Origin: Rhodospirillales bacterium
GTDB lineage: Bacteria > Pseudomonadota > Alphaproteobacteria > Kiloniellales > JAKSDN01
Direction: 5' to 3'
Assembly (NCBI GenBank): GCA_029859805.1
Contig: JAOUCL010000128.1
Span: 1-13,821 of the forward strand
DNA: 13,821 nucleotides
In this document: positions 6,942-13,781 of the stretch, one piece after another
Layout of the letters: each line of letters begins with the position of its first letter
How positions within the stretch are numbered: position 1 is the stretch's first letter
Notes under the pieces: generated by a model
What the model was told of the DNA's origin: nothing
The model's database searches: none
Seen by the model: the letters and a program-made list of their open reading frames with translations, nothing else
Position numbers and translations under genes: made by a program

Positions 6942-8567
6942 GTGTCGGGAAATCCCTACGAGAGCGGCCTGGACCGGAACACGGCCAACTACACGCCGCT
7001 CTCTCCCTTGAGCTTCCTGCCGCGCGCCGCCACGGTCCATCCGGAGCACATTGCCGTCGTGCACGGGCCGGAGCGCAGCACCTGGGCCGAGACCTACCGG
7101 CGCTGCCGGCGCCTGGCCTCGGCGCTCTCAAAGCGCGGTATCGGGCCGGGCGACACTGTCGCGGTCATGGCGCCCAACACGCCGCCGCTGTTCGAGGCAC
7201 ACTTCGGCGTGCCGGTGCTGGGCGCGGTGCTGAACGCCCTCAACACCCGCCTCGACGCCGCGGCGATCGCCTTCATCCTCGAGCATGCCGAGGCCAAGCT
7301 GCTGATCACCGATACGGAGTACGCGCCGATCCTCAAGGACGCGCTGGCCAAGCTCGGCCGCGAGATCCCGGTGGTCGACATCGTCGATCCTCAAAGCCCC
7401 GGCGGCGAGCGCCTGGGCGCGCTCGACTACGAGGCCTTCCTGGAGGAGGGCGACCCGGAGCACCCCTGGTCCCTGCCCGACGACGAGTGGCGGGCGATCT
7501 CGCTCAACTACACCTCGGGCACCACCGGCAACCCCAAGGGCGTGGTCTACCACCACCGCGGCGCCTACCTGAACGCCATCGGCAACGTGCTGACCTGGGA
7601 CATGGGGCCGCACCCGGTCTACCTCTGGACCCTGCCGATGTTCCACTGCAACGGCTGGTGCTTCCCCTGGACGGTCGCCGCCATGGCCGGCACCAACGTC
7701 TGCCTGCGCCGGGTCGAGGCCGGCACGATCTACAAGGCCTTCGCCGAGGACGGCGTGACCCACCTCTGCGGCGCGCCCATCGTCATGCAGATGATCCTGG
7801 GCGCCGGCGCCGAGGAGCAGCGCGCGTTTTCCCAGAAGGTCAACATGATGACCGCGGCCGCCCCGCCGCCGGCCAGCGTGCTGGCCGCCATGGCCGGCAA
7901 GGGCATCGAGGTGACCCACGTCTACGGCCTGACCGAGAGCTACGGGCCGGCGGTGGTCTGCGCCTGGCACAAGGCGTGGGACGACCTGCCGATCGAGGAG
8001 CAGGCGGCCAAGAAGTCGCGCCAGGGCGTCACCTATCCGGTGCTCGAAGGCGTCATGGTGGCTGACCCCGAGACCCTGGAGCCGGTGCCGCGCGACGGCG
8101 AGACCATGGGCGAGATCTTCCTGCGCGGCAACATCGTCATGAAGGGCTATCTGAAGAACCCCAAGGCGTCAGACGAGGCCTTCGAGGGCGGCTGGTTCCA
8201 CTCGGGCGACCTGGGGGTCTGCCACGAGGACGGCTACATCCAGATCCGCGACCGCTCCAAGGACGTCATCATCTCGGGCGGCGAGAACATCTCCTCGATC
8301 GAGGTCGAGGACACGCTCTACAGGCACCCGGCCGTGGCCGCCGCCGCCGTGGTCGCCAAGCCGGACGAGAAGTGGGGCGAGACCCCCTGCGCCTACCTCG
8401 AGCTGAAGCCCGGCGCCGAGGCCACGGCGGAGGAGATCATCGCCTTCTGCCACGACAACCTGGCCCACTACAAGTGCCCGCGCGTGGTCGTCTTCGGCAC
8501 CATCCCCAAGACCTCGACCGGCAAGATCCAGAAGTTCGTCCTGCGCGAGCGCGCCCGCGAGGGATGA
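6942..8567 (+). CDS. AMP-dependent acyl-CoA synthetase/ligase (medium-chain / 3-methylmercaptopropionyl-CoA ligase DmdB / AAE-like)
   Basis: GTG 6942 is preceded by GGGAGGAAG. AMP-binding motifs are LNYTSGTTGNPKGVVYHHRG, LPMFHCNGWCFPW, YGLTESYGP, WFHSGDLG, RSKDVIISGGENISSIEVE and PKTSTGKIQKFVLR. Confidence 0.8.
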   Translation: MSGNPYESGLDRNTANYTPLSPLSFLPRAATVHPEHIAVVHGPERSTWAETYRRCRRLASALSKRGIGPGDTVAVMAPNTPPLFEAHFGVPVLGAVLNALNTRLDAAAIAFILEHAEAKLLITDTEYAPILKDALAKLGREIPVVDIVDPQSPGGERLGALDYEAFLEEGDPEHPWSLPDDEWRAISLNYTSGTTGNPKGVVYHHRGAYLNAIGNVLTWDMGPHPVYLWTLPMFHCNGWCFPWTVAAMAGTNVCLRRVEAGTIYKAFAEDGVTHLCGAPIVMQMILGAGAEEQRAFSQKVNMMTAAAPPPASVLAAMAGKGIEVTHVYGLTESYGPAVVCAWHKAWDDLPIEEQAAKKSRQGVTYPVLEGVMVADPETLEPVPRDGETMGEIFLRGNIVMKGYLKNPKASDEAFEGGWFHSGDLGVCHEDGYIQIRDRSKDVIISGGENISSIEVEDTLYRHPAVAAAAVVAKPDEKWGETPCAYLELKPGAEATAEEIIAFCHDNLAHYKCPRVVVFGTIPKTSTGKIQKFVLRERAREG

Positions 8568-8647
8568 CGGGCGGCGCCGGCCCGAAAAAAAACGGAACGA
8601 GCCCATGCACAGTAAAAGTTCGCTTGATTTCGGAAGGTCATAGAGGC

Positions 8648-8989
8648 GTGCGCGAGGCGACGGCCCTCTATTGCCTGCTCGATGCCTGGGAGCGCCACCG
8701 GGCCTACCCCGACACCTTCCACTTGCCCGACCCGCGCGAGGTCGCACGCTTGCGGCCGGGCTCGCTGGCGAAGATCGGCGCCGAGTTCGATCCGGCGCCG
8801 GAGGCGGTGGAGGACGTGGACGCGGAGCGCTTCTGGACCCTCGTCACCGAGGTGGCGGAGGCCGAGGGCGCGCCGCTCTACCGCGGCCGGATCGACAACA
8901 ACCTGCTCTATACCGAGCGCCACGGGCTGGCCTACGGCGACGTGGTCACCTTCGCCCCCCGGCATATCCTGGACGTGGAGGTCGGGTGA
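8648..8989 (+). CDS. Conserved hypothetical small protein of 113 aa (VREATALYCLLDAWERHRAYPDTFHLPDPREV...), possibly a DUF-type family
   Basis: GC3-rich frame from GTG 8648 (GGAAGG and AGAGG upstream) to TGA 8989. The in-frame ATG at 8564, which overlaps the upstream stop as ATGA, would add an AT-rich, A/T-ending-codon segment (8568-8647, including an A8 run) that looks non-coding. Confidence 0.5.
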   Translation: MREATALYCLLDAWERHRAYPDTFHLPDPREVARLRPGSLAKIGAEFDPAPEAVEDVDAERFWTLVTEVAEAEGAPLYRGRIDNNLLYTERHGLAYGDVVTFAPRHILDVEVG

Positions 8990-9057
8990 AGGGGGCCTTC
9001 GAGACGCCCCTGCGACCTGTCCCGCAAGACGCCCCTCCCCCGACGGCGAAGTCCTTA

Positions 9058-9130
9058 CCACCAAGGCACGAAGACACATAGGATCTGAATGCGTTTTTGG
9101 TGCCTTTATGGCTTCGTGGTGACTCCGCCT
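9058..9130. repeat. Repeat element copy A (CACGAAG / AAGGCAC / GTGGTGAC-containing imperfect palindrome) in the convergent intergenic region downstream of hemY
   Basis: Plus strand: accaccAAGGCACGAAGacaca...gtttttGGTGCCTTtatggCTTCGTGGTGACTCCGCC. The arms carry the same words (CACCA, AAGGCAC, CGAAG) in inverted orientation. Over the CACGAAG and GGTGCC/TTCGTG words the match to 10693-10870 is near-exact: AAGGCACGAAGACACA versus its complement AAGGCACCAAGACACA at 15/16, and GTGGTGACTCCGC versus GTGGTGACGCCGC at 12/13. Confidence 0.5.
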
Positions 9131-9169
9131 TCTTTGCGTTCCGGGATATGAAGCTTTGGAATCGCAACG

Positions 9170-10552
9170 CTAGGCCGCCACCCCGACGGGCGCGTCGGCG
9201 ATGCGGTGCGCCAGCGCCTCGGCGTTGCGGATGCAGTCGGCGACCGAGACGCCGCCGCGCCAGCTCGCCTGCAGGTGCAGGCCGGTGAGGGGTTCCAGCG
9301 CCCGGTCGAGTTCGGCGAGGCGGTCGAGGTGCCCCAGGGTGTACTGCGGGATAGCGGCGGCGTAGCGGGTGATGCGCTGGAAGGCGGGCTGGCCGCGGAT
9401 GTCCAGCGCCCGCGCGAGGTCGTCGCGGACGCATCCGGCCAGCTCCTCGTCGTCCAAGGCCGCCGCGGCCGGGTCCGTCGTGCCGCCGATGAAGGCGGTG
9501 ATCAGCACCCGGCCGTCGGGCGCCCGGCCGGCGAAAAGCGTGCTCGAGAAGAGCCCGCCCAGCACGCGCAAGCCTTCGCGCCGGGGCGCCAGGAAGCCGA
9601 AGCCGTCCAGCGGGTGTCCCACCTGGTCCCGGTCGTAGCCGAACGCGAGGCTGGCGATCGACGCATAGGCGATCGACCGCAGGATCTGGGCGGCCGCCTT
9701 GGACTGCGGCCCCACGAGGTCCGCGGCGGCGCCCGCCGGAAGCGCGAGGATGACGGTCCGGGCGCGCTCGACGCCGCTTTCCCCGGGGCCCTCCCAAGCG
9801 ACCTCCCAACCCTTGAAGCCGAACGGCCGCAAGGCCACGGCCCGGCAGCCGCTGCGCCACGCGCCCTCGGGCAGCGCGGCGCCGACGCCCTCGGGCAGGA
9901 CCCCCATGCCCCGGTCGAAGGAGACCATGCGCCCGGCCGGCGTCCCGGCGCCCTTGGCCGCCTTGCCCAGCGCGATCGCGCCGCGGATCAGCGAGCCGTG
10001 GGCCCGCTCCAGCTCGTAGATCCGCGGCACCGCGGCGCGCACCGAGAGCGCGGCCGGGTCGCCGGCATAGACGCCGGAGATGAAGGGCTCGACCGCGTAG
10101 TCGAGGAACTCGCGGCCCAGGCGCCGTTCGACGAAGAGCGCGATGCTCTCCTCCTCGGCAGCGCGGCCGATGAAGGGCTCGCGCAGCAGGCGCGCCTTGG
10201 CCCGCCAGGAGAACAGCTTCGTCGTCAGGAACCCGGGCGGCCCGCCCGGAAGCGCCTGCAGCCGGCCGCCGCGCAGCACGTAGCGCTTGCGCCCCGCCTG
10301 CCCGGCCTCGACCAGACGGTCCTCGAGCCCGGCCCCGGCGACCAGGCGGCCCAGCGCGTCGTCGGCCGTGCCCGGCTTCTGCAGGGTCGAGTTGGGGCCG
10401 CGCTCGACCAGGAATCCCTCGTTGTCGCGCGCGCTGTCGATCACCCCGCCCAGGCGCGGCGCCGCCTCCAGCAGGCGCACCCGAACGCCCTTCTGATGCA
10501 GGAACCAGGCGGCCGAGAGCCCCGTGATGCCGCCGCCGACGATGACGACCAT
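9170..10552 (-). CDS. hemY: Protoporphyrinogen oxidase (HemY/PgoX family, FAD-dependent)
   Basis: ATG at 10552 is preceded by GGAGGGAAGG. The N-terminal VVIVGGGITGLSAAWFL is a dinucleotide-binding motif. The HemY-type motifs FISGVYAGDP and GGVSVADCI are present, as is the GFLVERGPNS block. Length is 460 aa. Confidence 0.8.
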   Translation of the reverse strand: MVVIVGGGITGLSAAWFLHQKGVRVRLLEAAPRLGGVIDSARDNEGFLVERGPNSTLQKPGTADDALGRLVAGAGLEDRLVEAGQAGRKRYVLRGGRLQALPGGPPGFLTTKLFSWRAKARLLREPFIGRAAEEESIALFVERRLGREFLDYAVEPFISGVYAGDPAALSVRAAVPRIYELERAHGSLIRGAIALGKAAKGAGTPAGRMVSFDRGMGVLPEGVGAALPEGAWRSGCRAVALRPFGFKGWEVAWEGPGESGVERARTVILALPAGAAADLVGPQSKAAAQILRSIAYASIASLAFGYDRDQVGHPLDGFGFLAPRREGLRVLGGLFSSTLFAGRAPDGRVLITAFIGGTTDPAAAALDDEELAGCVRDDLARALDIRGQPAFQRITRYAAAIPQYTLGHLDRLAELDRALEPLTGLHLQASWRGGVSVADCIRNAEALAHRIADAPVGVAA

Positions 10553-10692
10553 ACCTTCCCTCCGAAAACGCCCGCGAAACCAGAGCGCGCCATCTTGGCC
10601 CGGCGGGCCTCGATCCGCATCAATTTTCGGCGGCCGAGGGGGCAGGTCAGCGGGACCGCGTGGCCATCGCGCACGATAGACCTATTCTGGAA

Positions 10693-10870
10693 CCACAAAG
10701 GCACGAAGGCACGAAGATGGACCAGAAGGTGTTTTGGTCTGCGCGCTTCGTGCGCCGAAACACCTTTGTGTCTTGGTGCCTTCGTGTTTCAAACGTTGGT
10801 TTCTCGCTCATGCGGCCTGCGCGGCGGCGGTGGCGGCGCGGTCCGCCCGAACCTTTGTGGTGACGCCGCA
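10693..10870. repeat. Repeat element copy B: a roughly 100-bp compound imperfect palindrome with tandem GGCACGAAG units, in the divergent hemY upstream region
   Basis: The left arm ccacaaAGGCACGAAGGCACGAAGatggaccagAAGGTGTTTtggtctGCGCGC pairs with the right arm GCGCgccGAAACACCTTtgtgtCTTGGTGCCTTCGTGtttc. The centre lies near 10745 and the nested repeat AAGGTGTTT / AAACACCTT is inside. A further shared block cctttGTGGTGACGCCGC sits at 10853-10870. Confidence 0.5.
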
Positions 10871-10958
10871 ATGCCGCCTCATCCGAGTTAACGAAAGATA
10901 ACACCCCGTCGCGCCAGGATGACCGTGCGTTCGGCGCCTGGCGGGAGGAGCTGCGTCC

Positions 10959-11138
10959 GTGGAGGCCATCTACACAGCGATCCTGAACCTTCCGGGCCTG
11001 GAGTTCCTGGCGCTCGGGGTCCTCGCCCTGCTGTCCTGGCTCTTCGCGCGCACCATGACCGCGCGGCCCCGGAACCTGGCGGCGGTCCTCGGCGGCGCGC
11101 TTGTCGTTCTGATCCTCTGGGGCCTCGGCGCCGGGTGA
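10959..11138 (+). CDS. Unannotated small membrane protein, 59 aa with two predicted TM helices (below the ORF-track length cutoff)
   Basis: GTG 10959 sits 8 nt after a strong SD, GGGAGGAG (10943-10950). The frame is open to TGA 11136-11138. Translation is VEAIYTAILNLPGLEFLALGVLALLSWLFARTMTARPRNLAAVLGGALVVLILWGLGAG. GC3 is about 93% (55/59 codons), which is typical of real genes here. Confidence 0.55.
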   Translation: MEAIYTAILNLPGLEFLALGVLALLSWLFARTMTARPRNLAAVLGGALVVLILWGLGAG

Positions 11139-11160
11139 TTTGACCGGTAACGGGCGTGCG

Positions 11161-11199
11161 CTGCCGCAGCCCCTCGACAGCGGACCGTCGCTGCGGCAA
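11161..11199 (+). promoter_or_regulatory. Intercistronic compound stem-loop between the small TM ORF and the AAA ATPase gene
   Basis: TGCCGCAGC (11162-11170) and GCTGCGGCA (11190-11198) form a 9-bp perfect inverted repeat. Inside it sits an inner CGAC...GTCG stem. No T-tract follows. Confidence 0.3.
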
Positions 11200-11251
11200 G
11201 AATGCGGGTCCGGCGAGGGCCGCGTCGCGGTCCAAGGGAACGGAGGGCGAT

Positions 11252-11818
11252 ATGGGGCAGTCCGCGGACAAGTCGGACGACTTGATCGAGGCGATCGAGC
11301 CGCGTTTCGACTGGGACGATGCCGGTCTTTCCGAGGACCAGCGCGCGCGCCTCGCGGAGATCTGCGACCGCGCGAAGGGCCCGGCACGGGCCCCCGCGCG
11401 CCACGGTCCGCAGGTACTTTTCGCGGGTCCGCCAGGCAGCGGCAAGACCCTCGCGGCCAGCCTCGTCGCCGGCCGGCTGGACCTCGATCTCTACCGGGTC
11501 GATCTCGCGGCCGTCGTCAACAAGTACATCGGCGAGACGGAGAAGAACCTCGGGCGGCTTTTCGGCACGGCCCTGTCTCGCGACGCCGTTCTCCTGTTCG
11601 ACGAAGCGGACGCGCTGTTCGGCAAGAAAAGCGAGGTCAAGGACGCCCGCGACCGCACGGCCAACACCGCGGCGGGCCATCTCCTTCATCGGCTCGAATC
11701 TTACCCCGGCCTGGCGATCCTGGCCACGAACCGCCGCAGCGACCTGGGCGCGGCCGTCCTTCGGCGGCTGGAGATCATCGTCGAGTTTCCGCGCCCGGAG
11801 GACGGCGACGGGGGGTGA
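11252..11818 (+). CDS. Short classical-clade AAA ATPase (188 aa) lacking the C-terminal helical lid subdomain
   Basis: ATG 11252 sits 5 nt after GGAGGG. Walker A is VLFAGPPGSGKT and Walker B is VLLFDEADAL. The YIGETEKNL block and the sensor/Arg-finger region ILATNRRSDLGAAVLRRLEIIVEFPRP are present. The ORF stops right after the core alpha-beta-alpha fold, and no lid-like sequence continues downstream in any frame. The ORF track's 220-aa version begins at an upstream in-frame ATG (11156). Confidence 0.7.
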   Translation: MGQSADKSDDLIEAIEPRFDWDDAGLSEDQRARLAEICDRAKGPARAPARHGPQVLFAGPPGSGKTLAASLVAGRLDLDLYRVDLAAVVNKYIGETEKNLGRLFGTALSRDAVLLFDEADALFGKKSEVKDARDRTANTAAGHLLHRLESYPGLAILATNRRSDLGAAVLRRLEIIVEFPRPEDGDGG

Positions 11819-11913
11819 TCGCCGACGGCAGTGCGCGCGCCCAGGGACGCTCCGCCGGTTTTTCGCCGCGCCCTAACCCCTTTCGCGCAACCGGCGCGCG
11901 CGATAGGATCGGG

Positions 11914-11940
11914 CTCGGCGGCCGAGGCCGCCGGTTTTCA
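11914..11940 (+). terminator. Rho-independent terminator downstream of the AAA ATPase gene
   Basis: GGCGGCC-ga-GGCCGCC stem (11917-11932) followed by GGTTTTCAT. Confidence 0.45.
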
Positions 11941-11973
11941 TCGCGATAGGGAATAGGGAAGAGAGCTCTCCAA

Positions 11974-13689
11974 ATGCGCAAATACCTGCACATCAACCTG
12001 AACGACCGCTCGGTCGAGACGCAAGAGCTGACGGGCGCGGCGATCGCCCGGGTCGGCCGGCACTTCATCGCCAAGACCCTGCTCGAACGCGGGGCGGCCA
12101 GCGTCGATCCCCTGTCGCCGGAGAACCCCCTGATCTTCTCGGCCGGGCCCTTCGCCGGCACCAACTTCTCCAATGCCAACCGGATCTCGATCGGCTGCAA
12201 GAGCCCACTCACGGGCGGCATCAAGGAGGCGAACGCCGGCGGCACCTTCGCCTTTGCCCTCGGCCAGCTCGAGATCGCCGGCTTTACGCTCGATGGCGCC
12301 TCGGAGGACTGGACCGTGATCTACATTCCCAAGGAGGGGCCGCTGCGCTTCGAGACCGCGGAGCCCTTTATGGGCAAGAGCAACTTCGAGGCCGCCCGGC
12401 TGCTGTTCGAGACCTACGGCGACAAGGTCAGCCTGGCCCTCTGCGGCCCGGTCGGCGAGTACCAGGGCCTGATGGCCGGCATCGCGTTTACCGATCCCGA
12501 GGGCCGGCCGGAACGGATCGCCGCGCGCGGCGGCGTCGGCGCCGTCATGGGCAGCAAGAAGGTCAAGGCGATCGTCGCCGAGAAGCACAAGATGCCGACC
12601 TTCCACGACCGCAAGAAGGTCATGACCGCGGTGCGCAGCTACGGCGCCAAGCTGGGCGAGGAGGCGGCGGTCAAGAACATGAGCGAGAACGGCACCGCCT
12701 TCATGGCCGACGTGATGAACCACATGGGCGGCCTGCCGGTGCGCAACTTCCGCGACGGCCGCCTGGTCGACACCACGACGGACACCATGCGCATGGGCGG
12801 CGAGTTCATCCGCGAGCAGAACATGGCGCGCGGCGGCGAGACCACGCACGCCTGCATGCCCGGCTGCATGATCAAGTGCTCCAACGTCTACGTCGACGCG
12901 GCGGGCCAGGAGATCGTCTCGCCCCTGGAGTACGAGACCATCGGCCTCATGGGCACGAACTGCGGATTAACCAACCCGGACGACGTGGCCCGCTTGAACG
13001 CGATCGCCAACGACCTCGGGATCGACACCATCGAGGCGGGCGCGACCCTCGGTACCCTGATGGACGCAGGCCAAGCCGAGTTCGGCGACCTCGCCTTCAT
13101 GGAGGCGGCGCTCGAGGACATCCGCCGGGGGACCGAGCGCGGGCGCCTGCTGGCGCAAGGCACGGCACGCGTGGGCGCCCACTTCGGCATCGCGCGCGTA
13201 CCCGTCGTCAAGCGCCAGGCGATCAGCGCCTACGACCCGCGCGCCATCGAGGTGACCGGGATCTCCATGATGCTGACCGCCCAGGGCGCGGACCATACCG
13301 CGGGCAACCTGCCGGCCATGGACTGCAAGGGCAAGACGACCGAGGAGCTGACCGAGGCCAGCCTGGGCGTGCAGGTCAACGCCGCCGTCGCCGACTCGCT
13401 CGGCCTCTGCCTCTTCGGGCGCTCGGTGACCGACGCCCACCACGAGATGATCGTGACCGCGCTGAACGACGCGCTGGGCACCGAGCTGCCGGTCTCCTTC
13501 CTCGCCGAGCTGGGCCGCGAGACCCTGGAGCTCGAGCTGCAGTTCAACGAAGCCGCGGGCTTTACCGAGGCGGACGACGAGCTGCCGGCCTTCTTCTACG
13601 CCGAGCCGGTCGCCCCCACCGACAAGGTCGCGCGCCACCACGCCCCCGAGGTCAACAAGGCGAGGAGCGCCTGGTTCGCGCAGGGGTGA
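11974..13689 (+). CDS. Aldehyde:ferredoxin oxidoreductase (AOR family; tungsten or molybdenum pterin and a 4Fe-4S cluster)
   Basis: ATG 11974 is preceded by GGGAAGAGAG. The 571-aa protein starts MRKYLHINLNDRSVETQEL, typical of the AOR N-terminal domain. It carries the AOR-type Cys cluster ETTHACMPGCMIKC and conserved blocks GLPVRNFRDG, YETIGLMGTNCGL and GLCLFGR. Confidence 0.8.
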   Translation: MRKYLHINLNDRSVETQELTGAAIARVGRHFIAKTLLERGAASVDPLSPENPLIFSAGPFAGTNFSNANRISIGCKSPLTGGIKEANAGGTFAFALGQLEIAGFTLDGASEDWTVIYIPKEGPLRFETAEPFMGKSNFEAARLLFETYGDKVSLALCGPVGEYQGLMAGIAFTDPEGRPERIAARGGVGAVMGSKKVKAIVAEKHKMPTFHDRKKVMTAVRSYGAKLGEEAAVKNMSENGTAFMADVMNHMGGLPVRNFRDGRLVDTTTDTMRMGGEFIREQNMARGGETTHACMPGCMIKCSNVYVDAAGQEIVSPLEYETIGLMGTNCGLTNPDDVARLNAIANDLGIDTIEAGATLGTLMDAGQAEFGDLAFMEAALEDIRRGTERGRLLAQGTARVGAHFGIARVPVVKRQAISAYDPRAIEVTGISMMLTAQGADHTAGNLPAMDCKGKTTEELTEASLGVQVNAAVADSLGLCLFGRSVTDAHHEMIVTALNDALGTELPVSFLAELGRETLELELQFNEAAGFTEADDELPAFFYAEPVAPTDKVARHHAPEVNKARSAWFAQG

Positions 13690-13700
13690 ACTGCGAAGCA

Positions 13701-13747
13701 AGAAAGGGGACGTTCAACTTTTCGGAAAAATCGAACGTCCCCTTTCT
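13701..13747 (+). terminator. Long near-perfect palindrome, likely terminator after the AOR gene
   Basis: AGAAAGGGGACGTTC - 17-nt loop, itself TTTTCgGAAAA - GAACGTCCCCTTTCT; a 15-bp perfect stem 11 nt after the stop. Confidence 0.5.
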
Positions 13748-13758
13748 GGCAGCCCACG

Positions 13759-13781
13759 GGGCCGTTTTCGCGGCCCCGCGG
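13759..13781 (+). terminator. Second GC hairpin GGGGCCG-ttttcg-CGGCCCC downstream of the AOR gene
   Basis: 7-bp stem with a U-rich loop, 12 nt after the first palindrome. Confidence 0.3.

Noticed and set aside
6007-8065. 277-aa, 410-aa and 280-aa ORFs overlapping the membrane protein and acyl-CoA synthetase genes
   Set aside because: Off-frame or antisense high-GC artefacts with Arg/Pro/Gly-rich composition. The true frames have AMP-binding motifs or TM helices.
8372-8647. 205-aa ORF starting inside the acyl-CoA synthetase gene (MGRDPLRLPRAEARRR...)
   Set aside because: The N-terminal 92 aa are an off-frame read of the synthetase 3' end (Arg-rich) and the following stretch is AT-rich spacer. 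Only the part from GTG 8648 onward looks coding.
9206-10891. 561-aa plus-strand ORF antisense to hemY
   Set aside because: A low-complexity Arg/Ala/Gly-rich translation that spans two intergenic regions. hemY on the opposite strand has an FAD-binding motif and HemY signature blocks.
10647-11949. 246-aa, 185-aa, 239-aa, 269-aa and 185-aa ORFs around the small-TM/AAA locus
   Set aside because: Antisense or off-frame Arg-rich artefacts. Only the 10959..11138 and 11252..11818 frames have SD sequences, coding-like GC3 and recognisable motifs.
11938-13701. 303-aa, 244-aa, 107-aa and 105-aa minus-strand ORFs antisense to the AOR gene
   Set aside because: Antisense artefacts. The AOR frame carries the conserved Cys cluster and N-terminal domain.
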